Positions 21,787 to 31,044 of a stretch of 37,643 nucleotides of DNA are shown one piece after another; the first letter of the stretch is position 1, and the number at the start of each line of letters is the position of its first letter. The translations under genes were made by a program, and so were the position numbers. The stretch lies in the IMG/VR virus record IMGVR_UViG_3300012683_000007, positions 1 to 37,643 of that record; one strand, given 5' to 3'. Under the pieces are notes generated by a model. That model did not search any database, was not told the origin of the DNA, and was given only the letters and a program-made list of their open reading frames with translations. The DNA is from a virus.

Positions 21787-23799
21787 ATGGATAGTGCATC
21801 CGATATTATCAAGATTGCGCATCAACGCATCAACGACTGTTTATTAGTACAGTCTTGGTGGCGTGCGAATGAAATACGCGATAATTACAACCTTATCGAG
21901 GGAGATCAATGGCTTGAAGAAGCGCTAGATCGCCAGAATAACGATGGTATGCCTCTACGTACCGTTAATAAGTCTGCAGTAGTTGTAGATGCCGTTTGTG
22001 GCTTTGAGATACAGAATCGTAGTCAGGTGAACTACGTAGCTCGGTTACCTACCGATGCGCAGCAAAGCTTTAGTGACATGGTTAATGATGGTGTTAAATA
22101 TATCGAGCAGACCTGTAACGCAGACTTTCAGAACAGTTTATCCTTTAAAGACATGCTCATCTGCGGTGTTGGTGTAACCGATACTCTTATGAGCTATGAC
22201 AATAATCCGGATGGTGAGACGGTTATTGAGCGCGTTTTTCCATATCTTACATTATGGGATGTTTCTGCCAGGGCAAAGAACCTTGAGGATGCCAACTGGG
22301 TTATTAGGGCGAAAGTAGTCGATAAAGACGCTATGGAAGGCTATATCAAGGATGCAATAGATCAAGATGAAGCGGATGCTAACTTTGGCGCCTCAGTAGA
22401 TGCTCGGTTCCTGGATTTCTTTAATACTGTGATGATAACTAAGTCTCTTGGCATCATCTATGAGTACCAGTGGCGTGAAAAAGTGCCATTTTATCGACTT
22501 GAGAATCCACTAGTAGGGTTTGAGGGCGATGCTATGGACCCACATACGCAGCAAATAGTGGCGCTAGCGAAGGCGTTACAAGAGAAATACAAGTTTGATG
22601 TTATCAGAGATAGAGTATTCTCCATCGACTCAAAGGATCGTAGTTCCTTGAAAGAAGCATTTGAGATGCTAGGACTGCCATTTAAGGCTATTAAGCAGAA
22701 GAAGTACAAGTACTATCGTGCCACTGTTGTTGGCAATAAGCTATTTGATAAGGAAGAGAACTTTTCCCAGACCGGATTTACATTAAAGTTTATGACTGGA
22801 AAGTTCTCTGAGGTTAGACAATGCTATTATGGCATGATGCGGGCTATGAAAGAGCCCCAGCGGATGTATAACCAGGCGATCTCAGATTATGAGGGTTTCC
22901 TGCGCACCATTCCTAAGGGTGGGGTTGAGATTGAAGCTGATGCTGTACCAAACATGCAGGCATTCGTTGAGACCTATACTAAAGCCCGCGAGGTAACTAT
23001 CTATAATCCAGGTGGTTTGAATAAGGCGCGTCCCAAAGTTACCCCTCCTATCCCATCCGGTCTCCTTGATATGATTAATTTCGCCTCGACTGCTATGTTG
23101 GAGGCAACTGGCGTAACCCCTCAGTTTATGGGGATTAGCGATTCAAAAGAAATGACTGCTATGCTCAATAGGCAGTTAGTACGCCAGGGACTAACGGTCT
23201 TGAGTGCGTATTTCGACGCTAAGAAATTTTATACGATCTCTCAGGGCCGACTATTCATCGATTGTTTGCGTGTAATGGCCGAGAATGCTGAAGGGCGCTT
23301 AATAAGGGTAATGAATGAGGGGGAAGCTCAGTTCGTCCCATTGCTTAGTGATGGCATTGCAGCGGAATACGACGTCATTGTAGAGGATGTTCCTGAGACG
23401 CCTACCGAGCGTCAGGATACGTTCGAGAAACTCCTCCAGATGGCCTCCCTGCTCGCCAATAAGTCTAACCCAATCGATATCATGCCAATGGTGGTTCAGT
23501 ATAGCCCGCTTAAGGAAAACCAGATTAAGAAGATTACTGAGTTGATGGCTCCCCCTCCACCACAGCCACCAGATCCCGTCACCCAAAACCTACTAATTGC
23601 TGAGACGAAACTCAAAGAGAGCACTGCTGAGAAGAATATGGCCGATGTCGAAAAGATTAAAATTGACTCCCAGTTAAAACTACAGGAGCTCATTAATGCG
23701 GACAACTATGCAAGCGCTGAGATACAGAAACTCTTATCAGATGCGCAATTAAACCAAACGAGAGCATTGAGTGAGGTGAGCAGAACAACAACTCAATAA
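21787..23799 (+). CDS. Portal protein (670 aa)
   Basis: Supported by its size, its position after terL and before the scaffold and capsid genes, and the N-terminal pattern W..NE.RDNYNLIEGDQW...GMPLRTVNKS..VVDAVCGFE, which is typical of podovirus portals. Confidence 0.85.
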   Translation: MDSASDIIKIAHQRINDCLLVQSWWRANEIRDNYNLIEGDQWLEEALDRQNNDGMPLRTVNKSAVVVDAVCGFEIQNRSQVNYVARLPTDAQQSFSDMVNDGVKYIEQTCNADFQNSLSFKDMLICGVGVTDTLMSYDNNPDGETVIERVFPYLTLWDVSARAKNLEDANWVIRAKVVDKDAMEGYIKDAIDQDEADANFGASVDARFLDFFNTVMITKSLGIIYEYQWREKVPFYRLENPLVGFEGDAMDPHTQQIVALAKALQEKYKFDVIRDRVFSIDSKDRSSLKEAFEMLGLPFKAIKQKKYKYYRATVVGNKLFDKEENFSQTGFTLKFMTGKFSEVRQCYYGMMRAMKEPQRMYNQAISDYEGFLRTIPKGGVEIEADAVPNMQAFVETYTKAREVTIYNPGGLNKARPKVTPPIPSGLLDMINFASTAMLEATGVTPQFMGISDSKEMTAMLNRQLVRQGLTVLSAYFDAKKFYTISQGRLFIDCLRVMAENAEGRLIRVMNEGEAQFVPLLSDGIAAEYDVIVEDVPETPTERQDTFEKLLQMASLLANKSNPIDIMPMVVQYSPLKENQIKKITELMAPPPPQPPDPVTQNLLIAETKLKESTAEKNMADVEKIKIDSQLKLQELINADNYASAEIQKLLSDAQLNQTRALSEVSRTTTQ

Positions 23800-23810
23800 T
23801 AGGCATTCGT

Positions 23811-24821
23811 ATGAAAATTGAAACACATAGCGATCTCGCTACGACAGAACCACTAAATAGTGCTGCAACTTTTAGAGCAGAGCTAGATAAACTACAGCAA
23901 GATAATACTGAGGTATCAAATGAATCAGAAGAAACCAATACTGCGGAATCAGAAGAATCAGCTCATGAGCCTGATGATCAAGGAGATTTGCCAGACAATA
24001 CTAGCAGTGATGTTAGTAATGATAGTCTTGATGATGATTTTGACCCTCGTGCCCCCGTACCTGTCAGTAGGCTAAAGAAGGAATTAGCTAAACGGAAAGT
24101 TTTAGAAGAGACCGTAAACCAAGAGCGTACAGAGAGGATAAGAGCACAAACTGAGCTAGACCTGTATAACAGGGCCTTCCAACAGTTACAGACCTCGCAG
24201 CAGTCTCAACAGCAACAGAACCAGAATACCTTTGATCCGTTAGATGAAGAGGCGCATAACTACTACAAGCAGAACTATGTACAAAAAAATGAGTTAGCTG
24301 AAATGCAGCAGGAGTTGGCTAGAGTACAAGCACAGCTTTATCAAGGACAGGTATCTCAGACGCTAGGGCAGCAGCAAAGCATGTTTGAGCGCAGCAAACC
24401 TGATTTTAAGGATGCATATCAGCATTTATTTAAAGCAGAAATTGAGAGTGCGAAATGGGTTGCTGGTAATGAACAGCAGGCAACACAGATGGCAACATCA
24501 AAGTTGCAGAATATGGCTGTAATGCTAACCCAGCAAGGTAAGAATGTTGCAGAAGTTTTCTATCATATGTCCAAGTCTTATGGGTATTCTCCGAAGGCAA
24601 AGCAGACGCAATCCAGAAGCAATCTTGATGCAATCGAGACCAATATGCGTAAATCGAAGGTTGCAGATGTACCAGAGGCGTCTCTAGTGCCAGGTAATGG
24701 TGCGGCTAATTACACGAAGCGAGATAATTTCGAGAAGGTGTATAGCGGATTGCCGAATGAGCGCGAGAAGAATGCAGAAAAATTCCATGAACTCGTTAGA
24801 AAGTTGAGAGAAGGCAAGTAA
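23811..24821 (+). CDS. Scaffolding protein (336 aa; acidic N-terminus, Gln-rich coiled coil)
   Basis: Position between the portal and capsid genes. The composition is helical, Glu/Gln-rich and low in complexity. Confidence 0.7.
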   Translation: MKIETHSDLATTEPLNSAATFRAELDKLQQDNTEVSNESEETNTAESEESAHEPDDQGDLPDNTSSDVSNDSLDDDFDPRAPVPVSRLKKELAKRKVLEETVNQERTERIRAQTELDLYNRAFQQLQTSQQSQQQQNQNTFDPLDEEAHNYYKQNYVQKNELAEMQQELARVQAQLYQGQVSQTLGQQQSMFERSKPDFKDAYQHLFKAEIESAKWVAGNEQQATQMATSKLQNMAVMLTQQGKNVAEVFYHMSKSYGYSPKAKQTQSRSNLDAIETNMRKSKVADVPEASLVPGNGAANYTKRDNFEKVYSGLPNEREKNAEKFHELVRKLREGK

Positions 24822-24822
24822 A

Positions 24823-24844
24823 AAAGAGGGGGCAACCCCTCTTT
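24823..24844 (+). terminator. Stem-loop AAAGAGGGG-GCAA-CCCCTCTTT directly after the scaffold stop
   Basis: 9-bp stem with a G/C core and a tetraloop. The T residues are partly inside the stem, so it may be only a partial terminator. Confidence 0.5.
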
Positions 24845-25169
24845 CCCACAACTTGCATACCGAACTCGAACTGAGAGATAAGCATAAAAAGTATATTGTT
24901 AATATATTAAACATGCAATAAACTAATGATTAGGCATTCGTATGATTTATACAAGATTACATCAAGTACAAATCCCACATCGCTATTCCAAGTCCAGCTA
25001 CGAAAGTGTCTGGCGTGGTTCTTGGCCACGATAAATAAACATTCGTTTCAGCTACGATAGCGGCTGCGCGTTTACTCTTCCGCGTAAATCAAAAGTTCGA
25101 TTAGGCCACGATATAGGCCCTCGTGAATTGGAAAAAATCACTTTTTACTAATTTTAATGAGGGCTTAAT

Positions 25170-26285
25170 ATGGCGGTAACTCAATTTTCTTCCTCAGATA
25201 ATTCAACAGTCAAGCTGTGGTCAAATCGGATATATAAAGATTTTATCACAGATAGCGGCTTACTAGCCTCTATGTTGAAGTCTGGGATCGTCTCTAAACA
25301 AGATAAAACCCAAAACGATGCTGGTGACCAAGTACGGGTCAGCTTCTTACAACGGTTAACTTCACCTGGTCTTATTGGTGACCAAGTAGCTACTGGTAAT
25401 GAATCTGCGCTTACTTACTTCACTGATGACGTTTTAATCAATCAGCTACGTCAGCCGGTTGCTATACCAAACACACAAACAATTAGCCAACAAAGGGTCT
25501 TGTACGATCTTCCAGAAGATACGTATCAAGTTTCTATGGACTGGATGAAAATCCGTGGTGTTGTCGGTGCTCTTTATCAACTAGCAGGCTTCACAGCTAA
25601 TAGCTTTACCTATGATGGTGTTACTTATAGTGGCGCTCAGAGACTAACGCTAACTGGCTTGAATGCAGCTATTGCTCCAACTACCAATAGGATATTCCGT
25701 CCTAACAGTTTGACTACTGACCAAGCAGTTGGTGCAGATAGTACTGCTACCATGAAGTTTACACTTATTGATGAGTGCGAAGCATTGGCTGAAACCGTTC
25801 GTCCATATATCCGTCCGATATCTGAGACAGATGGCGTAAAGTACCATATGTACGTGCATACACGCCAATGGCAGTCGCTTCTTCAAGATACCACCGCGCC
25901 TATCCAGTATCGAGATATTATGGGAAATCTCATAGCATCCGGTCGTGGCGATGGCAGTATTCCTCGGTCAATGGTGTATTCACAAACTGAAATCTTTAAG
26001 ACAGATAAAATGCCAAACGGTGTTGATTCTGGTACCTCTGCAACTGTATCTCATTGTCGTAGAGCTGTGTTCTGCGGACGTGATGCTGCAGTGCTCGCTC
26101 TGGGCCGTGGATACAGCGATGGCAAAGAAACGGTACCAGGATTTTTGATCAGATCTGATGAATATGACATTGGGCAAATTCGCCGGATCGCGATTAATGG
26201 TATCTACGGTATTAAGAAGATTCAGTTCAATGGGCTAGATAACGGCGTAATAGTCGTTCCTACCTATGTGGCACAAACCAGCTAA
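25170..26285 (+). CDS. Major capsid protein (371 aa), resembling the N4 gp56-type HK97-fold family
   Basis: GAGGG SD upstream. The N-terminal pattern TVKLWSNRIYKDF...GDQVRVSFLQRLTSPGLIGDQVATGNESALTYFTDDVLINQLRQPV is typical of that capsid family. Gene order also fits. Confidence 0.85.
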   Translation: MAVTQFSSSDNSTVKLWSNRIYKDFITDSGLLASMLKSGIVSKQDKTQNDAGDQVRVSFLQRLTSPGLIGDQVATGNESALTYFTDDVLINQLRQPVAIPNTQTISQQRVLYDLPEDTYQVSMDWMKIRGVVGALYQLAGFTANSFTYDGVTYSGAQRLTLTGLNAAIAPTTNRIFRPNSLTTDQAVGADSTATMKFTLIDECEALAETVRPYIRPISETDGVKYHMYVHTRQWQSLLQDTTAPIQYRDIMGNLIASGRGDGSIPRSMVYSQTEIFKTDKMPNGVDSGTSATVSHCRRAVFCGRDAAVLALGRGYSDGKETVPGFLIRSDEYDIGQIRRIAINGIYGIKKIQFNGLDNGVIVVPTYVAQTS

Positions 26286-26299
26286 TTAGGAGAATACTT

Positions 26300-26788
26300 A
26301 TGACAGCTTACAATTTTACTTTAATCACTACTACTCCACACTGGTCATCTGGTGACTTGCAGGCAATTACTGCATATTACGATTTGGCGAGTGTAGCATT
26401 AGCGCAGAATGACACGATTACAGCTACTGGGATGATTCCTGGTGATGGCGTGAAAATCTACGACATCTATTGTTCACACACAGAACTTGATTCTAACAGT
26501 ACTCCAACAGGAACCTATCTAATAGGTGACGTTGCAGATCCTGATAGATTCATGCTCTCTGTGCCAATGGGCGTTAATGGTGTTACTACTACTGGCTTTC
26601 AGTTAACCAATAGATCAAACTTCGCTCCTACATCCACTGCGGGTGTAGTAACGACTGGTCTAGGGTATATCTACACTGGCACTACTGCTACCGATCTCGT
26701 CCTTACAGTGGATGGGGCTGTGGCAACTGGTGCTACTACAGGTGTGATATTCCTAACGGTTCTGTATCGGTGCGTCGGTAACAGCTAG
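26300..26788 (+). CDS. Virion structural protein (162 aa), possibly a capsid decoration or minor capsid protein
   Basis: AGGAG SD upstream, directly after the capsid gene, with a Thr/Gly-rich beta-type composition. Confidence 0.65.
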   Translation: MTAYNFTLITTTPHWSSGDLQAITAYYDLASVALAQNDTITATGMIPGDGVKIYDIYCSHTELDSNSTPTGTYLIGDVADPDRFMLSVPMGVNGVTTTGFQLTNRSNFAPTSTAGVVTTGLGYIYTGTTATDLVLTVDGAVATGATTGVIFLTVLYRCVGNS

Positions 26789-26798
26789 GAGCACTAAT

Positions 26799-27425
26799 AT
26801 GGCGGTAACATTCGGTCAACTTGCAGCTAGAATCTTGCGTGAAAGCGCGAGAGACATCTCTTTCCAGACTGCAGCGGAAGATGCGATTATTAGCGCCATT
26901 AAAGAACTCGAACGAGAACAGTATTGGCTATTTGAGACAGAGGCAACTCTAACTCTTGTAGCCAATACCAACTTGGTCGCGTTACCAGATGATTTTGTAG
27001 CCCTGTCTTCTGCAAGGTTACTGGTAGGAACTACCTACTATACTGAGGTCTACGGGTTCGTTCCTGTGACTAACCACCAGATTTTTAATGAGGCACGGAT
27101 TCAGGGTGTGACTGGCATTCCATTTATGTACGCCATCTACAATGACAACATGGTGGTTTATCCATGGGCTGCCGGTGATTATGAGATTGACCTGCATTAC
27201 TTCCGCAAGGACTTGACCTACCCAGTTAACTACGATGATACGAGTCTCTGGTTCGGAGATCTAACTGCCGACCTAACTCGTTATAAGGCGCTAGCAATGT
27301 TCTATAGAGATGAGCTCCAAGCTGAGGAAAAAGCACAGTTTTATGAGACTAAGAGTCTAGATGCAATCACACAACTAACTATTCGTAATAACCAAAGACA
27401 AACTGTTTATAGATTGAGTATATAA
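26799..27425 (+). CDS. Head-to-tail adaptor (T7 gp11-position protein, 208 aa)
   Basis: AGGAG SD upstream. Its size and position before the nozzle-sized gene fit. The function is assigned by synteny. Confidence 0.6.
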   Translation: MAVTFGQLAARILRESARDISFQTAAEDAIISAIKELEREQYWLFETEATLTLVANTNLVALPDDFVALSSARLLVGTTYYTEVYGFVPVTNHQIFNEARIQGVTGIPFMYAIYNDNMVVYPWAAGDYEIDLHYFRKDLTYPVNYDDTSLWFGDLTADLTRYKALAMFYRDELQAEEKAQFYETKSLDAITQLTIRNNQRQTVYRLSI

Positions 27426-27426
27426 T

Positions 27427-28173
27427 ATGGCAACATTAACCGCACATTTTGGCCTTTTGAAACCTGTAGTCAATGACCCCATTGACCAGGATCAGTGGGG
27501 CTATCAGTTAAATACAGACTGGGATAGTGTAGATGCGCTGCATTATGCGTGGTCTACCACCTCTATTGGGACTGTTCGCCCAGACTATGCAAAAGCTGGC
27601 ACTCAATGGATTAATAATACGACTACTCCATGGGTCTGGAATGTTTTTAGTGGTACTACAGATATCGTATTAGGCAATATTGATACAGTAACTAATACTT
27701 TTACCCCCGGTGGTACGGCAGCATTAACTACTAAGGGGGATTTGCTTACCTATTCTACGCAACCTGTTCGACTAGGAGTTGGTACGAATGGACAGGTCTT
27801 AACGGCAGATTCTACTCAAGCAGACGGTGTTAAATGGAGTAGTAATAATAGTATTGCAGCATGGTGTAGTGCAAAACTTACCTTTATTGGGCCCGTAGGT
27901 TCGTTTACAATAAATGCAGGATTTAATATAACATCGATTACCTATACTGAAAAAGGCAAATATGTTGCAATCTTTACCAATCCTCTGCCAAGCGCTAATT
28001 ATGCTGCTTCTGGTATGGCGCAACGTATATCAACGGATAGTGGGGATGAAGTCATTATTTCGTTCCAAAAAAGTGGCAGTATAAGTGCTGGTTCATGTCC
28101 TATAGCGACCAAAGATTCTGCAGGCGACCTTGTAGATGTTAATGTAATCACTCTGATGTTTGTAGGGGGTTAA
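27427..28173 (+). CDS. Fibre-like virion protein (248 aa) carrying the KGDLL...RLGVGTNGQVLTAD...GVKW module
   Basis: It shares this motif with both large fibres. Confidence 0.7.
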   Translation: MATLTAHFGLLKPVVNDPIDQDQWGYQLNTDWDSVDALHYAWSTTSIGTVRPDYAKAGTQWINNTTTPWVWNVFSGTTDIVLGNIDTVTNTFTPGGTAALTTKGDLLTYSTQPVRLGVGTNGQVLTADSTQADGVKWSSNNSIAAWCSAKLTFIGPVGSFTINAGFNITSITYTEKGKYVAIFTNPLPSANYAASGMAQRISTDSGDEVIISFQKSGSISAGSCPIATKDSAGDLVDVNVITLMFVGG

Positions 28174-30777
28174 ATGCCCGCCCTAGGTAAAAAACTCCAA
28201 GTTCAGATACAGCCTGGTGTAAGTCCAAAGGAAGACTTTACGGAGTTGGATAGCTTTACCTATGTGAATTCTGATAAGGTTCGATTTCAGAATGGGCGTC
28301 TGCGGAAACTCAAAGGCTGGGTTAGGTTATTCTCAGATAACTTCCAGCGAATCTATGGGTGTGCTAGGGCAATGTACTCCTATACTCCTGGTGATGGCTT
28401 TGAGCGCGTTTTAATAGGAACCTCAACAAGCCTGTATGTCTTCTATAAAGGGGCTTTCTATAATATCACACCTCTCATAACAAGCACTACGGCTATCGCT
28501 AATGCTCTAGGAACAGTCTATTTGACGGATGCTGGATATAGCGTGAGTACTACTGCAGGTAGTGATATAGCCACTTTCAATATACCAAACTTTTTAAATC
28601 CTGATGATACAGTCAAAATTAGTGGTGTCACTGGTACTATTGGAGGGATTAGTTCAACTAACTTTAATGGCACCTTTACAGTTATTGCAACGCCGAGTTC
28701 TGGGACTTTTCAAGTCCTAATCGCAGTACCCGCCGTTAGTAATGATACGGGGGGTGGCACATCGATTCAGTTTGTTACAAAGCAGCTTTTAGTAACATTG
28801 GTGGACCATGGCTTCGGGAAAGGGGATAGGATTAAAATTACTGGTTCTGCGGCAGTAGGTGGGATCACGGCGCCACATATCAATATGGAGAATGTTGTAA
28901 GTGCGGTCATTTCTCCCGATGTGTTTGCTATAACTACTATGGATTTTGCTACTAGCCTTGTAACAGCTGGCGGTGGAGCGGATGTGCTGATACAAGGTGA
29001 AATTACTGGTGGTCCTTGCGATCAATCCCAGGGCTATGGGTATGGTGGTGGATTATATGGTGTAGGGCTATATGGTGTGCCTAAACTATTTGCTATTGCC
29101 ATTCAGTACCCAAGGGTATGGTCATTTGACCTATTCAATGATGGTATAATCATGTGCCCAGGCAATCAGGGGGGCATTTATCTATGGGCAGGTGATATCT
29201 CAACCGCCCCTGTATTACAGACTAATGCGCCCTTAGCTAATTGGGTATATCAAAGCAATAGTATGGTTGTAGCATTAGGGCCAAATGGTGATAATGGGAC
29301 TTTTGCCAATAGTAATCTAAATGATGCTAATGATTGGGTATTTGATGGGGTTAGTGTAAAACGCTCTTTTGATGTTGCTGGGGCTTCTACTTTTGTATCG
29401 CAGACATCAACCCGTAATGTGGATGTTTTATTTACAAATAATAAGGTATACCAAGTTAGATTTGTAGACCTCCCCCATGTATGGGTAGTTTCAGAATTAT
29501 TTGCTACAGATGGACTGATTGCGCCGAAAGCAAGGGTTAATATTGAAGACTCTGTAGTATGGCAAGGCTGGGGAGACTTTTACGTCTTCAATGGCACGTC
29601 AGTCAATATATTGCCTAAGAATACAATAAAACGATATGTGTACGATAATCTTAACCTTGCGCAATCTGCAAAATTCTTTGCCTGTGCGCAGCCAGACTAT
29701 AATGAGATATGGTTCTTCTATTGTGCTGGACAAGACAATGAGCCAAATAATTATGCGATTAATAATTATAGAGAGCAGCACTGGACTATAGGGACTTTGG
29801 AGCGTACGGCTGCAGCTGAGCCAGCTAGTGGGGTTACGCCGACACTATTGATACAGAGTCATGTAGTAAATACTGTGAAGCTGGCTAATAATCCGCTGTC
29901 TACGAACTTTTATACTCTCGGGACTGATCCGATAACTGCGGCTAATACTAGTAGTGATATCGTTATTACAATAACCGGGCATCACTTAGAACCTGGGGAT
30001 TCAATTGTAATAGCGGGTTCTAGTGCAGTTCACGGCATTACTGCTCTTCAGATTAACACCACGCAAACGGTAACCTCAGTAACGGTGGGTACTATAACTG
30101 TCACTACAGCTGGGACGGCTACTTCTAGTGGAACGGGTGGTGGCAGTAGTATTACAGTTGGCACTCAAATCGTAACAGCAAGTTATACAAATCATTTCCG
30201 GAATAATGATGAGGTGACTATAGATAATGCCACGACCTTTGGTGGTCTTTTAGTTGGCGATTTAAATGGCACATTTAGTGTACGAAGATGGACTGCTACT
30301 ACCTTTGATTTTGCTGTAGGTACTGATTATAGTACATCACAAGCTACTGGAGGTGGCCCAGGGGTCCAGTTATCATATAGTCGCACTGGAAGGTTATTTG
30401 AGCATAATGTGGGAGTGGATGATTATGATGGTGATAACTGCGATATAGGTGATCCAACTACTTGCGTACTACCAATGAATTCCTTCGCAGAGACTAACTA
30501 TGGGCAGATAGGAGAGGGCGATAATACGATGCTAATATACTCGGTAATCCCAGATTCTACTCAAGTTGGCACTATGAATCTGACTGTCACTACTAAGCTT
30601 TATCCGCAAGGAACTCCGATTACCAAAGGGCCATTTCCTATAACTCCAGCTACCATAAAAGTTGATGTACAAATGCTTGGAAGGCAGCGGAAATACAGGA
30701 TTGCAAGTAATGCGCTCGGCCAGGATTTTATTACAGGTAAATGGTTTGAACAAGTTATTGAGAGTACGCCAATATGA
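28174..30777 (+). CDS. Tail nozzle / tubular protein B-position protein (867 aa) with two inserted pairs of ~68-aa repeats
   Basis: GGGGG SD upstream. The size and position match T7 gp12. Repeats lie at about 28531-28998 and 29953-30372. Confidence 0.75.
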   Translation: MPALGKKLQVQIQPGVSPKEDFTELDSFTYVNSDKVRFQNGRLRKLKGWVRLFSDNFQRIYGCARAMYSYTPGDGFERVLIGTSTSLYVFYKGAFYNITPLITSTTAIANALGTVYLTDAGYSVSTTAGSDIATFNIPNFLNPDDTVKISGVTGTIGGISSTNFNGTFTVIATPSSGTFQVLIAVPAVSNDTGGGTSIQFVTKQLLVTLVDHGFGKGDRIKITGSAAVGGITAPHINMENVVSAVISPDVFAITTMDFATSLVTAGGGADVLIQGEITGGPCDQSQGYGYGGGLYGVGLYGVPKLFAIAIQYPRVWSFDLFNDGIIMCPGNQGGIYLWAGDISTAPVLQTNAPLANWVYQSNSMVVALGPNGDNGTFANSNLNDANDWVFDGVSVKRSFDVAGASTFVSQTSTRNVDVLFTNNKVYQVRFVDLPHVWVVSELFATDGLIAPKARVNIEDSVVWQGWGDFYVFNGTSVNILPKNTIKRYVYDNLNLAQSAKFFACAQPDYNEIWFFYCAGQDNEPNNYAINNYREQHWTIGTLERTAAAEPASGVTPTLLIQSHVVNTVKLANNPLSTNFYTLGTDPITAANTSSDIVITITGHHLEPGDSIVIAGSSAVHGITALQINTTQTVTSVTVGTITVTTAGTATSSGTGGGSSITVGTQIVTASYTNHFRNNDEVTIDNATTFGGLLVGDLNGTFSVRRWTATTFDFAVGTDYSTSQATGGGPGVQLSYSRTGRLFEHNVGVDDYDGDNCDIGDPTTCVLPMNSFAETNYGQIGEGDNTMLIYSVIPDSTQVGTMNLTVTTKLYPQGTPITKGPFPITPATIKVDVQMLGRQRKYRIASNALGQDFITGKWFEQVIESTPI

Positions 30778-31034
30778 GTAGTTTTACCACATCTGATATC
30801 GAAGAACGTCTGCGGCGCTTAGAGCAGCAGGTTGAGTATTTGGTTCCTAGTTTGAATTCAGTATATATTATAGGGCGTTTAAGGACTGATCGAAATTCTC
30901 CTGCAAATAGTGCAGATATTGTTGCAGGTGTTGACCTATTATATGATATAGTTAGAGATGCAACATATGAATATATTTTAATAGATGCGGCTGGCACTTT
31001 GGCCTGGCGCAGAATAATAATGAGTTCGTTTTAG
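30774..31034 (+). CDS. Small virion-associated protein (86 aa)
   Basis: Track ORF with an ATGA overlap with the nozzle gene. Confidence 0.6.
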   Translation: MSSFTTSDIEERLRRLEQQVEYLVPSLNSVYIIGRLRTDRNSPANSADIVAGVDLLYDIVRDATYEYILIDAAGTLAWRRIIMSSF

Positions 31035-31044
31035 GAGATTATAT

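Noticed and set aside
23800-23813. The recurrent AGGCATTCGTAT motif as a T7-type phage-RNAP promoter
   Set aside because: The genome encodes no single-subunit RNA polymerase. The motif is only 12 nt long and directly abuts start codons, so a promoter role of that kind is unlikely. It is reported instead as a junction motif.
24942-25034. The 30-codon mini-ORF in the capsid leader as a protein-coding gene
   Set aside because: It has a good initiation context, but it is very short, has no recognisable features and lies in a repeat-rich leader. It is treated as a possible regulatory uORF, not an annotated CDS.
25085-25125. A tRNA-like T-loop sequence (AAAAGTTCGATTAGG) in the capsid leader
   Set aside because: The flanks cannot form a T-stem. 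No acceptor, D or anticodon arms could be drawn, so no tRNA is present here or in any other intergenic region I inspected.
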